Shown here in pieces: positions 1-9,738 of a stretch of DNA of 64,000 nucleotides. The position numbers and the translations under genes are program-made. Each line of letters opens with the position of its first letter. Within the stretch, counting starts at the first letter, position 1. Source of the stretch: an uncultured Rickettsiales bacterium (GTDB lineage: Bacteria; Pseudomonadota; Alphaproteobacteria; Rickettsiales; SXRF01). A model generated the notes under the pieces. The model ran no database searches and was not told the DNA's origin. It saw only the letters and a program-made list of their open reading frames with translations. The stretch is taken from NCBI GenBank assembly GCA_964535825.1, contig CAZHUC010000004.1:6928-70927 (forward strand), written 5' to 3'.

Positions 1-743
1 CCGGCGAATCGCCTACCTTATCCCATGAGGAGCATAACCGCGTGGTGGCCATGTGCATCGAGGTGGCAAAGGGCAGAGTGCCGGTTATGGCGGGCACGGG
101 CTCGAATTCCACCGAAGAAGCCATCATGATGACCAAGCACGCCAAGCAGGCGGGGGCGAATGGTGCTCTGGTGGTCGCGCCTTATTATAACAAGCCGACA
201 CAGGAAGGTATCTACCAGCATTATAAAGCCATCCATGATGCGGTGGAGATACCCATTGTTATTTATAATATTCCCGGCCGCAGCATCATTAATATTACTG
301 ATGACACGCTGGCGCGGCTTTCCGCCCTCCCTAATATAGTAGGGGTGAAGGATGCCACCGGCGATCTGGCGCGCCCATACACGCTGCGTGCCATTCAGAA
401 GAAAAAACTGGCACTGCTTTCCGGTGAGGACATGACGGCCGTGGCCTTCAATGCCTCAGGCGGGCAGGGGTGCATCTCCGTGACCTCGAATATTATGCCT
501 AAATGTTGCGCAGAAGTGCAGGAAGCCTGCCTTGCAGGCGATTATGCCAAAGCACTTAAGTTGCACGACTCACTCGTTGCCCTGCATAGCGTAATGTTCT
601 GTGAAACCAGCCCTGCGCCTGTTAAATTCGCAGCATCGCTCATGGGTAAATGTAAACCCGATGTAAGATTACCTCTTGTGCAAGTTGGTGAGAACAGTAA
701 AAATCAGCTCACTCAAATATTAAAAAATTTACACTTGCTCTAG
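1..743 (+). CDS. dapA: 4-hydroxy-tetrahydrodipicolinate synthase, 5'-truncated by window edge
   Basis: The frame of ORF 42..743 stays open to the window edge. [31 protein letters not shown] and VGVKDATGD are the conserved DapA/NAL-family core. Confidence 0.9.
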   Translation, partial: GESPTLSHEEHNRVVAMCIEVAKGRVPVMAGTGSNSTEEAIMMTKHAKQAGANGALVVAPYYNKPTQEGIYQHYKAIHDAVEIPIVIYNIPGRSIINITDDTLARLSALPNIVGVKDATGDLARPYTLRAIQKKKLALLSGEDMTAVAFNASGGQGCISVTSNIMPKCCAEVQEACLAGDYAKALKLHDSLVALHSVMFCETSPAPVKFAASLMGKCKPDVRLPLVQVGENSKNQLTQILKNLHLL

Positions 744-782
744 AAACTTTTTTCATCTTTATTAGCAACTCATGAAGATTTT

Positions 783-1259
783 ATGACCGGTAAAGAAACA
801 TCGTCCGGAAATAATGTGGCGTTCAACCGCAAGGCGCGCCATGAATACGCTATAGAGGAGGAGTTTGAAGCAGGGTTGGTCCTGACAGGAACAGAAGTTA
901 AATCGCTGCGCGCAGGTAAGGTTAATATTAACGATGCTTACGCCGGAACAAAAGAAGATGCTATCTGGCTCTTTAATGTTCACATCAGCGAATATGAAGG
1001 CGGTAATCGCTTCAACCATGACCCGAAACGTCCGAGAAAATTATTACTGCACAAAAAGCAGATAAATAAGATCATCGGGCGGTTGAAGGTAAAAGGTGTA
1101 ACTCTCGTTCCGTTGGCGCTGTATTTTAATAAACGGGGTCTAGCCAAAATTAAATTAGGGTTGGGCACTGGTAAGAAATCGTATGAAAAACGGGAAACGA
1201 TCAAAAAACGCGACTGGCAGCGTGACAAGGCTCGTATCATGCGAAGTAAAAACGGGTAG
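783..1259 (+). CDS. smpB: SsrA-binding protein
   Basis: 158 aa. NRKARHEYAIEEEFEAGLVLTGTEVKSLR and the basic C-terminal tail are typical of SmpB. Confidence 0.93.
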   Translation: MTGKETSSGNNVAFNRKARHEYAIEEEFEAGLVLTGTEVKSLRAGKVNINDAYAGTKEDAIWLFNVHISEYEGGNRFNHDPKRPRKLLLHKKQINKIIGRLKVKGVTLVPLALYFNKRGLAKIKLGLGTGKKSYEKRETIKKRDWQRDKARIMRSKNG

Positions 1260-1291
1260 TAATTTAGTTATCGCAAGGGAAGGATAAAAAT

Positions 1292-2671
1292 ATGTTGGAC
1301 GCTATTTCCGATTTCTGGAAACCGGCCAAGAAGAACCAGCCGGTTGAAAAGTTCAATCCTGCAGAGTTGCAGGTTGGTACATCTATTGGTTTTGGTTTTG
1401 TGCCGCAGGCATCGCTTTCGGGCCGCAGGCTTCAGGTGGTGGGTGTGAACACATACCGCTTCGGTGAAGAAGAAGAGCCTTTAACATCATTTGTACTTGC
1501 ACCTGAAAAAGATGTAACGGCGCAGCCAAGCATCTCCATGATCGTGGCAGATGATGGCGACCAGCAATATCTGTGTATCTCCCGCCGCATCAGCATCGGT
1601 GACCGCATGAAGATGTTTGACAGCATCGAGCTGGAACACGCCATTGATAAAGCGGATTTCAGCAAACTCTCCTGCAAGGATAGCATCTCTGATTTTAAGG
1701 GCTGGACGGTTTCATCCTATAACCGCAAGCAGCACGGCATCACCGGCCAGATCTTTAAAGGTGATTTCCGTAAAGCCAAATTGTCAGATAGCAAAGATGC
1801 GCTGGAGTTCACCTATGCACTGCTCCTTAGCGACAATGAAGAGAACGCCATCGAGATCGAGAAATATAAAGATGGCCGCGTGGAAGTATATGCATCGGTG
1901 TATCGGCTCATCAGCGATATTGGTGAAGTAACACAGCCTACACGCACTGATCTGCTTTCTCGCCCCGATCTGAAACTTGCTTCCAAGCCGGAAGAAAAAA
2001 AGATCGAGGAGAAAAAGCCTGAAGTGAAGGCGGCCGCTCCGTTCGTGGCAGCACCTGCTGCGCCAGTGCAGGAACAAAAACCTGTGGTTAAGCCAGAAGT
2101 AAAACCTGAAGTGAAAGCAGCTGAGCCGGCAAAGTCCGAACCAGTGAAACTCCAGGAGTTCCCGAAAGCACAAGTGGCGCAGCCACCTGTGGCAGACAAG
2201 CCAAAGCCGGTTGTGCAGGCCGCCGTGGCATCAACATCATCTGCACAACCCGCAACACCAAAAATACAAGAGGAGAAGAAACCAATGGCTATGAACGAAC
2301 CCGTAATGAACGGATCGCTGGGTGATAAAGGCCCATCACTTGTGCGCAATGAATCTGCAAAACAGGAGACAAAGACCGTGAACAAGATCGTCAATGGTAT
2401 CGATAATGAATCGATCGAGTGTGACCTGCGCGTAGCAAACCGCATCATCGATGAAGCTATCCGTAGCGAAATGCGTCTTTCTGACGTCGTTCGTCGCATC
2501 ATCGAGTTGCCGGTTTCCCATCAGGAAGCTGTGCAACTTCCTATCACTCTTTCAGACGAAGATTACGCGCTGCTTGCTATCCGCTATGGTATTTCGCCAT
2601 CAGATCGCAATGCTATCAAAACGCGTATCATCGAAGACCTCGGCAGCTTTTCAGGTAAAAAAGCCGCTTAA
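1292..2671 (+). CDS. Hypothetical protein with a DUF4178-like N-terminus, a Pro/Glu/Val/Lys-rich low-complexity linker and a structured C-terminal domain
   Basis: 459-aa ORF followed by a strong terminator. The central KPEVKPEVKAAEPAKSEPVK-type repeats explain the long antisense shadow ORFs. I do not recognise a function. Confidence 0.6.
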   Translation: MLDAISDFWKPAKKNQPVEKFNPAELQVGTSIGFGFVPQASLSGRRLQVVGVNTYRFGEEEEPLTSFVLAPEKDVTAQPSISMIVADDGDQQYLCISRRISIGDRMKMFDSIELEHAIDKADFSKLSCKDSISDFKGWTVSSYNRKQHGITGQIFKGDFRKAKLSDSKDALEFTYALLLSDNEENAIEIEKYKDGRVEVYASVYRLISDIGEVTQPTRTDLLSRPDLKLASKPEEKKIEEKKPEVKAAAPFVAAPAAPVQEQKPVVKPEVKPEVKAAEPAKSEPVKLQEFPKAQVAQPPVADKPKPVVQAAVASTSSAQPATPKIQEEKKPMAMNEPVMNGSLGDKGPSLVRNESAKQETKTVNKIVNGIDNESIECDLRVANRIIDEAIRSEMRLSDVVRRIIELPVSHQEAVQLPITLSDEDYALLAIRYGISPSDRNAIKTRIIEDLGSFSGKKAA

Positions 2672-2696
2672 CAGGCCTCAAAACCTATGATTAAGA

Positions 2697-2727
2697 CCCC
2701 CGCCGGGCATTCTGGCGGGGGTTTTTG
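2697..2727 (+). terminator. Rho-independent terminator
   Basis: cccccgcc (2697-2704) pairs with ggcggggg (2714-2721) across a 9-nt loop and is followed by tttttgttt. Confidence 0.7.
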
Positions 2728-2815
2728 TTTGTTAATCAGCAGGTTGTCATGTTTCTATGAACTGTAACTATTATCAGGCAGCCTGATATTGTAATATTAT
2801 GAGACTAACCATCAG

Positions 2816-3106
2816 GTGGTGTTTATGAAGTCCAAACAAATACATGAACGCGCAGACATGGCAAGAAAAGTGCTGGCTCTTAACCTGCCTGGCATTGCCG
2901 AAGACACATATGCTAACCGTATGGGGGCTGGGCTTCCCATCACAAGCGCAGTTCAGCAGGCACTCACTGAGAATGGTATCAGTGTAGATATGCTACGCAA
3001 AGCTGGCTTTGTCAGATACGGCACGAACCAGCTTGATTATGCTGCCCTTAATCGGGCGATACAGGATCAATTCCGTGATTCATCCACACGAGGTCCTTCA
3101 TTTTAA
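2816..3106 (+). CDS. Small hypothetical protein
   Basis: 96-aa ORF in an otherwise empty gap. It is convergent with bioA and overlaps it by 9 nt. No recognisable motif. The start is uncertain (GTG 2816 or ATG 2825). Confidence 0.35.
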   Translation: MVFMKSKQIHERADMARKVLALNLPGIAEDTYANRMGAGLPITSAVQQALTENGISVDMLRKAGFVRYGTNQLDYAALNRAIQDQFRDSSTRGPSF

Positions 3107-4348
3107 TACGCTGCGTATCGCTTTGCAGAGTTTGCTGCATTCATCGGGTGAAATAGTGAAGGCAGGTGTGACATACACGATATCGCCAAATGGACGAATC
3201 CATACACCTTGCTCGATAAATTTCTGCCGCAGCGCATCCCTTTTCATGGTGCTTGCTTCCAGCTGAACCACACCTATCGCACCTTTCACCCGCACATCTA
3301 CCACATGGGGCAGGGTGGCACATGCTTCAAGCTCTTCACGCAGCTGCGCTTCAATAGCTTCCACCTGTTTCAGACGTGGTTCTTTTTCGAACAGGTCAAG
3401 TGAGGCATTGGCGGCAGCGCAGGCAAGGGGGTTCGCCATATAGGTCGGCCCATGCATAAAGGCGTGATCGGCATCATCACTTAGGAAAGATGCGAATACC
3501 TCTTCGCTGGCGAGCGTAGCAGAAAGCGTCATTGCACCGCCGGTCAGGGCTTTACCGAGGCAGAGAATATCAGGTGTGATGCCTGCTTCTTGCACTGCGA
3601 ACATATTGCCGGTGCGGCCAAAGCCGGTTGCAATCTCGTCGGCGATGAACAATATGTCGTGCTTTTTGCAGATACGGTGAATTTCCGCGAGCGTATCTGC
3701 CGTATGGAATATCATGCCGCCTGCACCCTGCACCAGCGGTTCTATGATGACGGCTGCGATATGGTTATGGAATCCAGCAAGCAGCGTATCGAATTCTGCG
3801 AAGGCATATTCGTCGGATGGGATATCCACTACATATTGCTTGATGATGGCATTCCTGAAAGCCTTGTGCAGCGATTTATCCGGATCGGATACTGACATCG
3901 CACCTGCCGTATCACCGTGATAGCCATGATGGAAACACAGGAAACGGTCCTTCTTGGGTTTGCCCATATTCTGCCAATATTGCAGGGCCATCTTCAGCGC
4001 GATCTCTACCCCGACCGAGCCGGAATCGCCAAAGAACACACGCGGCAGGCCGGTGAGTTTGGAAAGCCGCTTTGCCAGTGTGAGTGCTGGCTCATGCACC
4101 AGCCCGCCGAACATGACATGTGGCATTTTTTTTAGCTGGGCTTCCATGGATTTGATGATGTGCGGGTGGTTATAGCCATGACAGGCGGTCCACCAGGATG
4201 CGACGCCATCGATCAATTCACGCCCATCAGCAAGTTTGATACGAGAACCTTCCGTTGCCACCACCGCCTGCGGGTGTGGCGCGGTCTTCATCTGCGCATA
4301 AGGAAGCCAGATGTGCGGCAGGCCGGAATTGTACCAGTCATGCTTCAT
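3098..4348 (-). CDS. bioA: Adenosylmethionine-8-amino-7-oxononanoate aminotransferase
   Basis: 416 aa, class-III aminotransferase (WWTACHGYNHP, ADEIATGFGRTG). Sits in a biotin cluster. Confidence 0.92.
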   Translation of the reverse strand: MKHDWYNSGLPHIWLPYAQMKTAPHPQAVVATEGSRIKLADGRELIDGVASWWTACHGYNHPHIIKSMEAQLKKMPHVMFGGLVHEPALTLAKRLSKLTGLPRVFFGDSGSVGVEIALKMALQYWQNMGKPKKDRFLCFHHGYHGDTAGAMSVSDPDKSLHKAFRNAIIKQYVVDIPSDEYAFAEFDTLLAGFHNHIAAVIIEPLVQGAGGMIFHTADTLAEIHRICKKHDILFIADEIATGFGRTGNMFAVQEAGITPDILCLGKALTGGAMTLSATLASEEVFASFLSDDADHAFMHGPTYMANPLACAAANASLDLFEKEPRLKQVEAIEAQLREELEACATLPHVVDVRVKGAIGVVQLEASTMKRDALRQKFIEQGVWIRPFGDIVYVTPAFTISPDECSKLCKAIRSVLK

Positions 4349-4366
4349 GGAGATTGCCTGAAGTGG

Positions 4367-5353
4367 TTATGCCGCGCACGCCTTGGATTCTTGCAACGCC
4401 ATCGGTTTAATGCCCAGCTTTTCGAAGAGCGCCATGTCTTTATCGGCTTCCGGGTTTGCTGTGGTCAGCAGTTTTTCACCGTAGAAAATGGAATTCGCAC
4501 CGGCAAAGAAGCACAAAGCCTGCGTTTGCTCATTCATATTCTCACGTCCTGCCGACAGACGCACGAACGACTGTGGCATCATGATGCGTGCCACCGCAAT
4601 GGTGCGGATGAATTCGAACACATCGAGCTCTTCCTTCCCACTCATGGGCGTGCCTTCCACCTGTACCAGCAGGTTGATAGGTACGCTTTCCGGATGTTTT
4701 GGCATATTGGCAAGCGTGCGCAGCAGTTCTGCACGGTCGTGCTGTTTCTCACCCATGCCGACGATGCCGCCACAGCAAACGTTCATGCCAACATTCCGGA
4801 CATTCTCGAGCGTATCCAGACGGTCCTGATAGGTGCGGGTGGTGATGATCTCTTTGTAATACGCCTCGGAGGTGTCGAGGTTATGGTTGTAGTAATCTAG
4901 GCCGGCTGACTTCAGTTGCTTGGCGTGGTCGGGGGTGAGCATACCCAGAGTGGCACAGGTTTCCATGCCCAGCGACTTCACACCTTCAATGATATCTGAG
5001 AGTTTTTCAATGTCCCGGTCCTTAGGGGAGCGCCATGCAGCCCCCATGCAGAAACGTGATGCGCCGGCATCCTTGGCCTTTTGAGCTTCAGCCAGAATCG
5101 CCTCTTTATCCATGAGCTTACCGGCCTTTACATCGGTGTCGAACTTGGCGCTTTGCGGGCAATAGGCGCAGTCCTCAGGGCAGCCGCCGGTCTTGATGGA
5201 AAGCAGGGTGGATATCTGTACCCCATTCGCATCAAAGTGCTGGCGGTGCACGCTGGCCGCGCGGAACAGCAAATCGTTGAACGGTAACGAGAACAGGCCC
5301 AGTACTTCTTCTGGTTGCCAATCGTGACGGAGGGTTGTCTGCATAGTAAACAC
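4367..5353 (-). CDS. bioB: Biotin synthase (radical SAM)
   Basis: 328 aa with [11 protein letters not shown] (CxxxCxxC) and the YNHNLDTS motif. Confidence 0.95.
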   Translation of the reverse strand: MFTMQTTLRHDWQPEEVLGLFSLPFNDLLFRAASVHRQHFDANGVQISTLLSIKTGGCPEDCAYCPQSAKFDTDVKAGKLMDKEAILAEAQKAKDAGASRFCMGAAWRSPKDRDIEKLSDIIEGVKSLGMETCATLGMLTPDHAKQLKSAGLDYYNHNLDTSEAYYKEIITTRTYQDRLDTLENVRNVGMNVCCGGIVGMGEKQHDRAELLRTLANMPKHPESVPINLLVQVEGTPMSGKEELDVFEFIRTIAVARIMMPQSFVRLSAGRENMNEQTQALCFFAGANSIFYGEKLLTTANPEADKDMALFEKLGIKPMALQESKACAA

Positions 5354-5397
5354 CTATTATAGTGACTTTCCCTAAGGTTTAACGGATTCTACGGAAA

Positions 5398-6525
5398 ATG
5401 CCAGCATTAGACGCACATGTAGAGCAAAGATTGAAATTACTCGAAGCCAAGCACCTGCTGCGCGAGCCTAAAGGCACGTCCCGCAAAGAGGGTGTGCAGG
5501 TTGTGCGTGGGGATAAAACGCTTATCTCCTTTAGTTGTAATGATTATCTGGGACTCAGCCATCACCCCGATGTGATAAAGGCTGCACAGGAAGCGGTCGT
5601 AACATATGGCGCAGGGGCAGGGGCATCGCGGTTGGTGACGGGGAACTATCCTCTTTATGATGAGCTGGAAAGTGCCTTGGCCGAATATAAAGATACGCAG
5701 TCGGCCTGTGTATTCGGCAGTGGATATCTGGCGAATCTTGGTGTTATCCCGGCATTGGTCGGGGTGGGGGATCTCATACTTGCCGATAAATTCTCGCATG
5801 CCTGTATGCTGGATGCCGCCAGGGTGTCTGGCGCAACACTGATGCGATTCGCCCATAATAATATCGAACATATGAAGATGTTGCTCGCTGCTAACCGCAC
5901 AGAGCATCACAACTGCCTGATATTTACCGAGACCATCTTCAGCATGGATGGTGACGCTGCCCCTCTGGCAGAAATGTACCAGCTTGCCAAAGAATATGAT
6001 GCATGGCTAATGACCGATGATGCACATGGCCTTGGCATCGTGCCACCTCAGAAAGTGCATATACAGATGGGTACATTATCCAAAACCGCGGGTAGCTATG
6101 GGGGGTATGTGTGTGGTTCAAAAGCGCTGGTGGATTATATCAAAACATCGGCGCGCAGCCTGATCTATTCCACAGGCTTGCCGCCTGCATCTGTTGCGGC
6201 ATCAATTGCAGCATTAAAATTGATTCAGGTAAATAAATCACTCGGCGAGAAAGCACTCGCCAATGCCCGCTATTTTACATCATTGCTTGGCTTGCCAGAG
6301 GCACAAAGTGCCATTGTACCTGTGATAGTAAAAGAAAATGAAAAAGCGCTGGAGCTCTCAGCATTGCTGGAGGCAGCAGGATTTTTAGTATCTGCTATTC
6401 GCCCGCCAACCGTACCTGAGCATACAGCACGGTTGCGCTTTACTTTCTCGGCGTTGCATGAAAAGAAGCAAATTGAAGCAGTGGCAGATATTCTGAAAGT
6501 AGAAGGTGTTCCATGCGAATCCTGA
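5398..6525 (+). CDS. bioF: 8-amino-7-oxononanoate synthase
   Basis: 375 aa, alpha-oxoamine synthase family (SNDYLGLS, GTLSKTAGSYGG PLP-Lys context). Divergent from bioB. Confidence 0.9.
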   Translation: MPALDAHVEQRLKLLEAKHLLREPKGTSRKEGVQVVRGDKTLISFSCNDYLGLSHHPDVIKAAQEAVVTYGAGAGASRLVTGNYPLYDELESALAEYKDTQSACVFGSGYLANLGVIPALVGVGDLILADKFSHACMLDAARVSGATLMRFAHNNIEHMKMLLAANRTEHHNCLIFTETIFSMDGDAAPLAEMYQLAKEYDAWLMTDDAHGLGIVPPQKVHIQMGTLSKTAGSYGGYVCGSKALVDYIKTSARSLIYSTGLPPASVAASIAALKLIQVNKSLGEKALANARYFTSLLGLPEAQSAIVPVIVKENEKALELSALLEAAGFLVSAIRPPTVPEHTARLRFTFSALHEKKQIEAVADILKVEGVPCES

Positions 6526-7202
6526 CACTTTCCGGCTGGGGGCAGCCATATGATGCGCTGGCAGAAGCTTTCCCCGATGCCACGCATCTTAAATATTCGC
6601 ACTTGCCATCGATGCAACAGGCATTGGAATTAATTGCAGATACTAATACTGGCAAGGGGTATGATGCTATCGTGGGGTGGTCGCTGGGTGGAAGGCTTGC
6701 GGTGCAGGCGATACTTGCGGGGATTGTGAAGCCGCAGAAGATCGCGCTTATTGCCTCTGCGTTCCAGTTCTCCAGATCAACCGATCTGCCTTTAGGTATA
6801 CCGCGTGACCAATATGAGAAATTCCGTGGCAATTACCAACGCAATGCGCTGCGTACTCTGGATAAGGGGTGGGAGTTAATAATAAAAGGTGATAAACACG
6901 CCGACCGTATCCGTGCTCGCTTCAGTGAAACAGCTAAACAGGATATGTTGAAGTATGACTGGCTGCGCTGGCTTGATGAATTGAATGGGCTGACACTGCA
7001 CGGCAGATCTCTCGAAAATATGCCTCCCACACTATTGTTGCATGGGGTGCAAGATGTGGTGGTTGCGCCTGACCAATCACAGCATTACAAGAAGTTGTTG
7101 CCGCAATCGCAGTTGGTGATGTTAGATGATTGTGGCCATGCGCCACATTGGCATGATCCGGTGTTGGTAAGAGAGAGTGTGGAGAAGTTTATCCGTGTTT
7201 GA
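6513..7202 (+). CDS. bioH: Pimeloyl-ACP methyl ester carboxylesterase (alpha/beta hydrolase)
   Basis: 229 aa with the GWSLGG nucleophile elbow, as in BioH, and a C-terminal DCGHAPH. Located between bioF and bioC and overlaps bioF by 13 nt. Confidence 0.75.
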   Translation: MRILTLSGWGQPYDALAEAFPDATHLKYSHLPSMQQALELIADTNTGKGYDAIVGWSLGGRLAVQAILAGIVKPQKIALIASAFQFSRSTDLPLGIPRDQYEKFRGNYQRNALRTLDKGWELIIKGDKHADRIRARFSETAKQDMLKYDWLRWLDELNGLTLHGRSLENMPPTLLLHGVQDVVVAPDQSQHYKKLLPQSQLVMLDDCGHAPHWHDPVLVRESVEKFIRV

Positions 7203-7971
7203 TAATTCAGCGATAAAAGGTGCATTCGGGCGCTCGGCAGCGCAGTATGATGAGCATGCGCAATTGCAGCGTATGGTACGCCAGCATGCAGCCTCTATCG
7301 CCCTGCAGTATTGGCCGAAATCTGGCCTGATATTGGATGCAGGTTGCGGCACAGGCATGCTCGCAGCAGAACTTAAAGTACAAAGGCCTGCCTTATCCGT
7401 GATAGGTTTTGATATTGCGGCAGGCATGTGTGCGCATTCGCGTGCGACGCTGCAGCGCTGCGTGAATGCAGATGCATGCCATATACCTTTTGCTCCCAAT
7501 AGTTTTGATGGTGTGTTCTCATCGCTGATGCTGCAATGGGTCAGTGATACAAAGGCAGCATTCGCAGAGCTGTATCAACTTTTAAAACCCGGCACAGTAG
7601 CCGTTATCACCACACTTGCTGATGGTACGTTGCATGAACTGAAATCTGCATTCGCTGCTGTGGATAGCTATCCACATGTCAGCGATTTCCATGTGCCGCA
7701 CACGCTGATCGAATGTGCAGAAACCGCTGGTTTTTCGCTGGCAGTTGCCAAGCAGGATAAAATAGTGGAATACTACCCTGATACGATCGCATTGATGCGT
7801 GCATTACAGGTCATCGGCGCATCGAATAAGCACACAAAGCGGAACAAAGGTCTTATGACGGCAGCACAATTCACACGACTGGAAAAGAACTACAGGCATT
7901 TCGCACATCCAGAAGGTTTGCCAGCCTCATGGCAGATACTGACGCTTGTGCTGAAGAAAGAAGGTGTATGA
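7177..7971 (+). CDS. bioC: Malonyl-ACP O-methyltransferase
   Basis: Class I SAM methyltransferase motif I (ILDAGCGTGML) plus FSSLMLQW. Biotin-cluster context. The start may be the in-frame GTG at 7195. Confidence 0.8.
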   Translation: MWRSLSVFDNSAIKGAFGRSAAQYDEHAQLQRMVRQHAASIALQYWPKSGLILDAGCGTGMLAAELKVQRPALSVIGFDIAAGMCAHSRATLQRCVNADACHIPFAPNSFDGVFSSLMLQWVSDTKAAFAELYQLLKPGTVAVITTLADGTLHELKSAFAAVDSYPHVSDFHVPHTLIECAETAGFSLAVAKQDKIVEYYPDTIALMRALQVIGASNKHTKRNKGLMTAAQFTRLEKNYRHFAHPEGLPASWQILTLVLKKEGV

Positions 7972-8672
7972 ACCATTATTTTATCACAGCATCGGGCACG
8001 GATGTAGGTAAGACACTGGTAACCACATCACTTTGCTGGCAGCTACGCCAGCAGGGAAAAAAAGTAACTGCACTCAAGCCAGTTGCCACCGGGTTTAGTG
8101 CAGTAGACGAGCAAAGTGATTCTGCCCTTATTCTAAAAAGTTGCGGGCTGTCGCCCACGCCGTCAATGATAGAAACCATTACCCCATGGCGGTATGCTGC
8201 TTATCTTACGCCCAGTATGGCAGCACCACAGGAGCGTGATCAGGTGGATTTCAACAAACTGGTCAATTTCTGTAAAGACCACATGAATCTTGAGTCCGAT
8301 GTTGTACTGGTTGAAGGCGTAGGTGGAATCATGGCGCCGCTGACTGAAAATAAAACGGTATTGGATTGGATGAAGCAGTTGCGCTGGCCTACGATACTAG
8401 TGGGGGGTACATATTTAGGTTCGATCAGTCATACACTTTCATCCTATGAAGTGCTAAAAGCACATGGAGTTCCTGTGCGGGCGATCATTCTTTCTGAATC
8501 TGAAAAAAGTACCGTACCTTTGAATGATACCGTGGCGGCATTAGAGGAATTTGTGAACCCGGACCTGCCGATAGTAAAGATACCAAGGCAGCAAGGCAGC
8601 GGCGAATTATGGCAACATATACCACTTATCAGCTGGCTGGTAAGTGAAAGCAAGAATGCCGGGGTGGCATAA
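7968..8672 (+). CDS. bioD: Dethiobiotin synthase
   Basis: MNHYFITASGTDVGKT P-loop N-terminus. The ATG at 7968 overlaps the bioC stop (ATGA). The longer ORF start at 7929 is unlikely. Confidence 0.88.
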   Translation: MNHYFITASGTDVGKTLVTTSLCWQLRQQGKKVTALKPVATGFSAVDEQSDSALILKSCGLSPTPSMIETITPWRYAAYLTPSMAAPQERDQVDFNKLVNFCKDHMNLESDVVLVEGVGGIMAPLTENKTVLDWMKQLRWPTILVGGTYLGSISHTLSSYEVLKAHGVPVRAIILSESEKSTVPLNDTVAALEEFVNPDLPIVKIPRQQGSGELWQHIPLISWLVSESKNAGVA

Positions 8673-9265
8673 TGTTCGGTATGGCAGGGCTGGGCTTCCG
8701 CAAGCCTACAGATGAAGAAAAGCAATATGGTAATTTTAATCGTCGTATGTTCGCAGCCACGTTGGATTTTGCGTTGATAGGTCTTTTCATTGCGCCGCTT
8801 CTCGACAAATTATTCGTGATGTATTACGGAATTACTCCTTTTGACTGGCCAGCTACGCAGGCGCAGATATCAGCGGCCCAGACCGAGGCTGAGAAAGTTC
8901 GTATATTCAGGGAACAACTGATAGAATCTGGGGCATTGGATCGGTGGATGCAGAATGCCACTATGCAGTTCTCCGTATTACTTGCCCTGATAGGCATCTG
9001 CTGGCACTTCTGGGCGGCTACGCCCGGTAAGATGATCATGCGTATGAAAATCGTCGATGCTAAAACCAGGAAGCCTATCTCGGATATTCAGATTTTACTC
9101 AGGTTGAGCGGCTATGTGATGTCGGCTATGTTCTTCCTGCTTGGATTCTTCTGGATCGGTATCGATAAGAAAAAGCAAGGCTGGCACGACAAGCTGGCCG
9201 ACACCGTGGTCATTGCGTTGCCATGGAAAAAAATTAAATCAGACTCGAAAGCTGCTGGTCAGTAA
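8672..9265 (+). CDS. RDD family membrane protein
   Basis: 197 aa with TM segments and the C-terminal KQGWHDKLADTVVI signature of RDD proteins. TAATG overlap with bioD. Confidence 0.7.
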   Translation: MFGMAGLGFRKPTDEEKQYGNFNRRMFAATLDFALIGLFIAPLLDKLFVMYYGITPFDWPATQAQISAAQTEAEKVRIFREQLIESGALDRWMQNATMQFSVLLALIGICWHFWAATPGKMIMRMKIVDAKTRKPISDIQILLRLSGYVMSAMFFLLGFFWIGIDKKKQGWHDKLADTVVIALPWKKIKSDSKAAGQ

Positions 9266-9728
9266 GGTTTCCTGGTACCATCAATATAGGTGTGAGCAGT
9301 TTGTGGCCAAGCTGGCCTACCAACCATGCCATTAATTTCCCACGGCTATTGCTTTGCAGGGAGATACCGACCACTAGCATAATGACATCATGGTCATCCA
9401 TGGCAGCAGCAAGGATCTCATCACCGGTGATACCCTCACGGAGTATCATGCCGGGTGTTACACCGTGCTCTGCGCTGGCTTCATCAGCAAGTTGTTTGAG
9501 CAGGGCCTCTCCTTCCTGGCGTCGCTCTTCACGCATACGCTCTGCAACAGAGCCCAAGGTCTGGAAATCGGCAGGTGATACCACATGCAGGATATCCACC
9601 ATGCCCTTTCTTTCCCTGGCCTTCATGCAGGCGAGTTTAAGAGCCACGCGCGATTCAGCGCGTGCATCAACACACACAAGGTATTTGGGTGCTTTGATCA
9701 TTTTTTCAGTGGCGGGTGACGTGTTCAT
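9234..9728 (-). CDS. Universal stress protein family
   Basis: KYLVCVDARAESRVALKLA...ILHVV...DVIMLVVG resembles the UspA fold. The ATG at 9728 avoids overlap with the upstream gene, so the longer ORF start at 9857 is rejected. Confidence 0.7.
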   Translation of the reverse strand: MNTSPATEKMIKAPKYLVCVDARAESRVALKLACMKARERKGMVDILHVVSPADFQTLGSVAERMREERRQEGEALLKQLADEASAEHGVTPGMILREGITGDEILAAAMDDHDVIMLVVGISLQSNSRGKLMAWLVGQLGHKLLTPILMVPGNLTDQQLSSLI

Positions 9729-9738
9729 AACTAAGACC

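Noticed and set aside
744-1291. tmRNA (ssrA) adjacent to smpB.
   Set aside because: The flanking intergenic gaps are only about 40 and about 32 nt, and I saw no tRNA-like acceptor or T-arm. ssrA must lie elsewhere.
1813-2502. Long antisense ORFs opposite real genes. Examples are 1813..2502 (-) 229 aa, 4160..4900 (+) 246 aa, 26831..27550 (+) 239 aa, 40707..41399 (-) 230 aa, 56057..56755 (+) 232 aa and 62940..63611 (-) 223 aa.
   Set aside because: Each lies fully inside a gene with unmistakable conserved motifs on the other strand. Their translations are low-complexity (Ser/Ala/Arg-rich) with no motifs. They are typical shadow ORFs.
5354-5397. BioR (TTATMKATAA) or BirA-type operator in the 44-bp bioB/bioF divergent region (ctATTATAGTGAc, aaGGTTTAAC).
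   Set aside because: The best match is about 7 of 10 to the recalled BioR consensus. There is no inverted repeat for BirA. This is too weak to call without a matrix scan.
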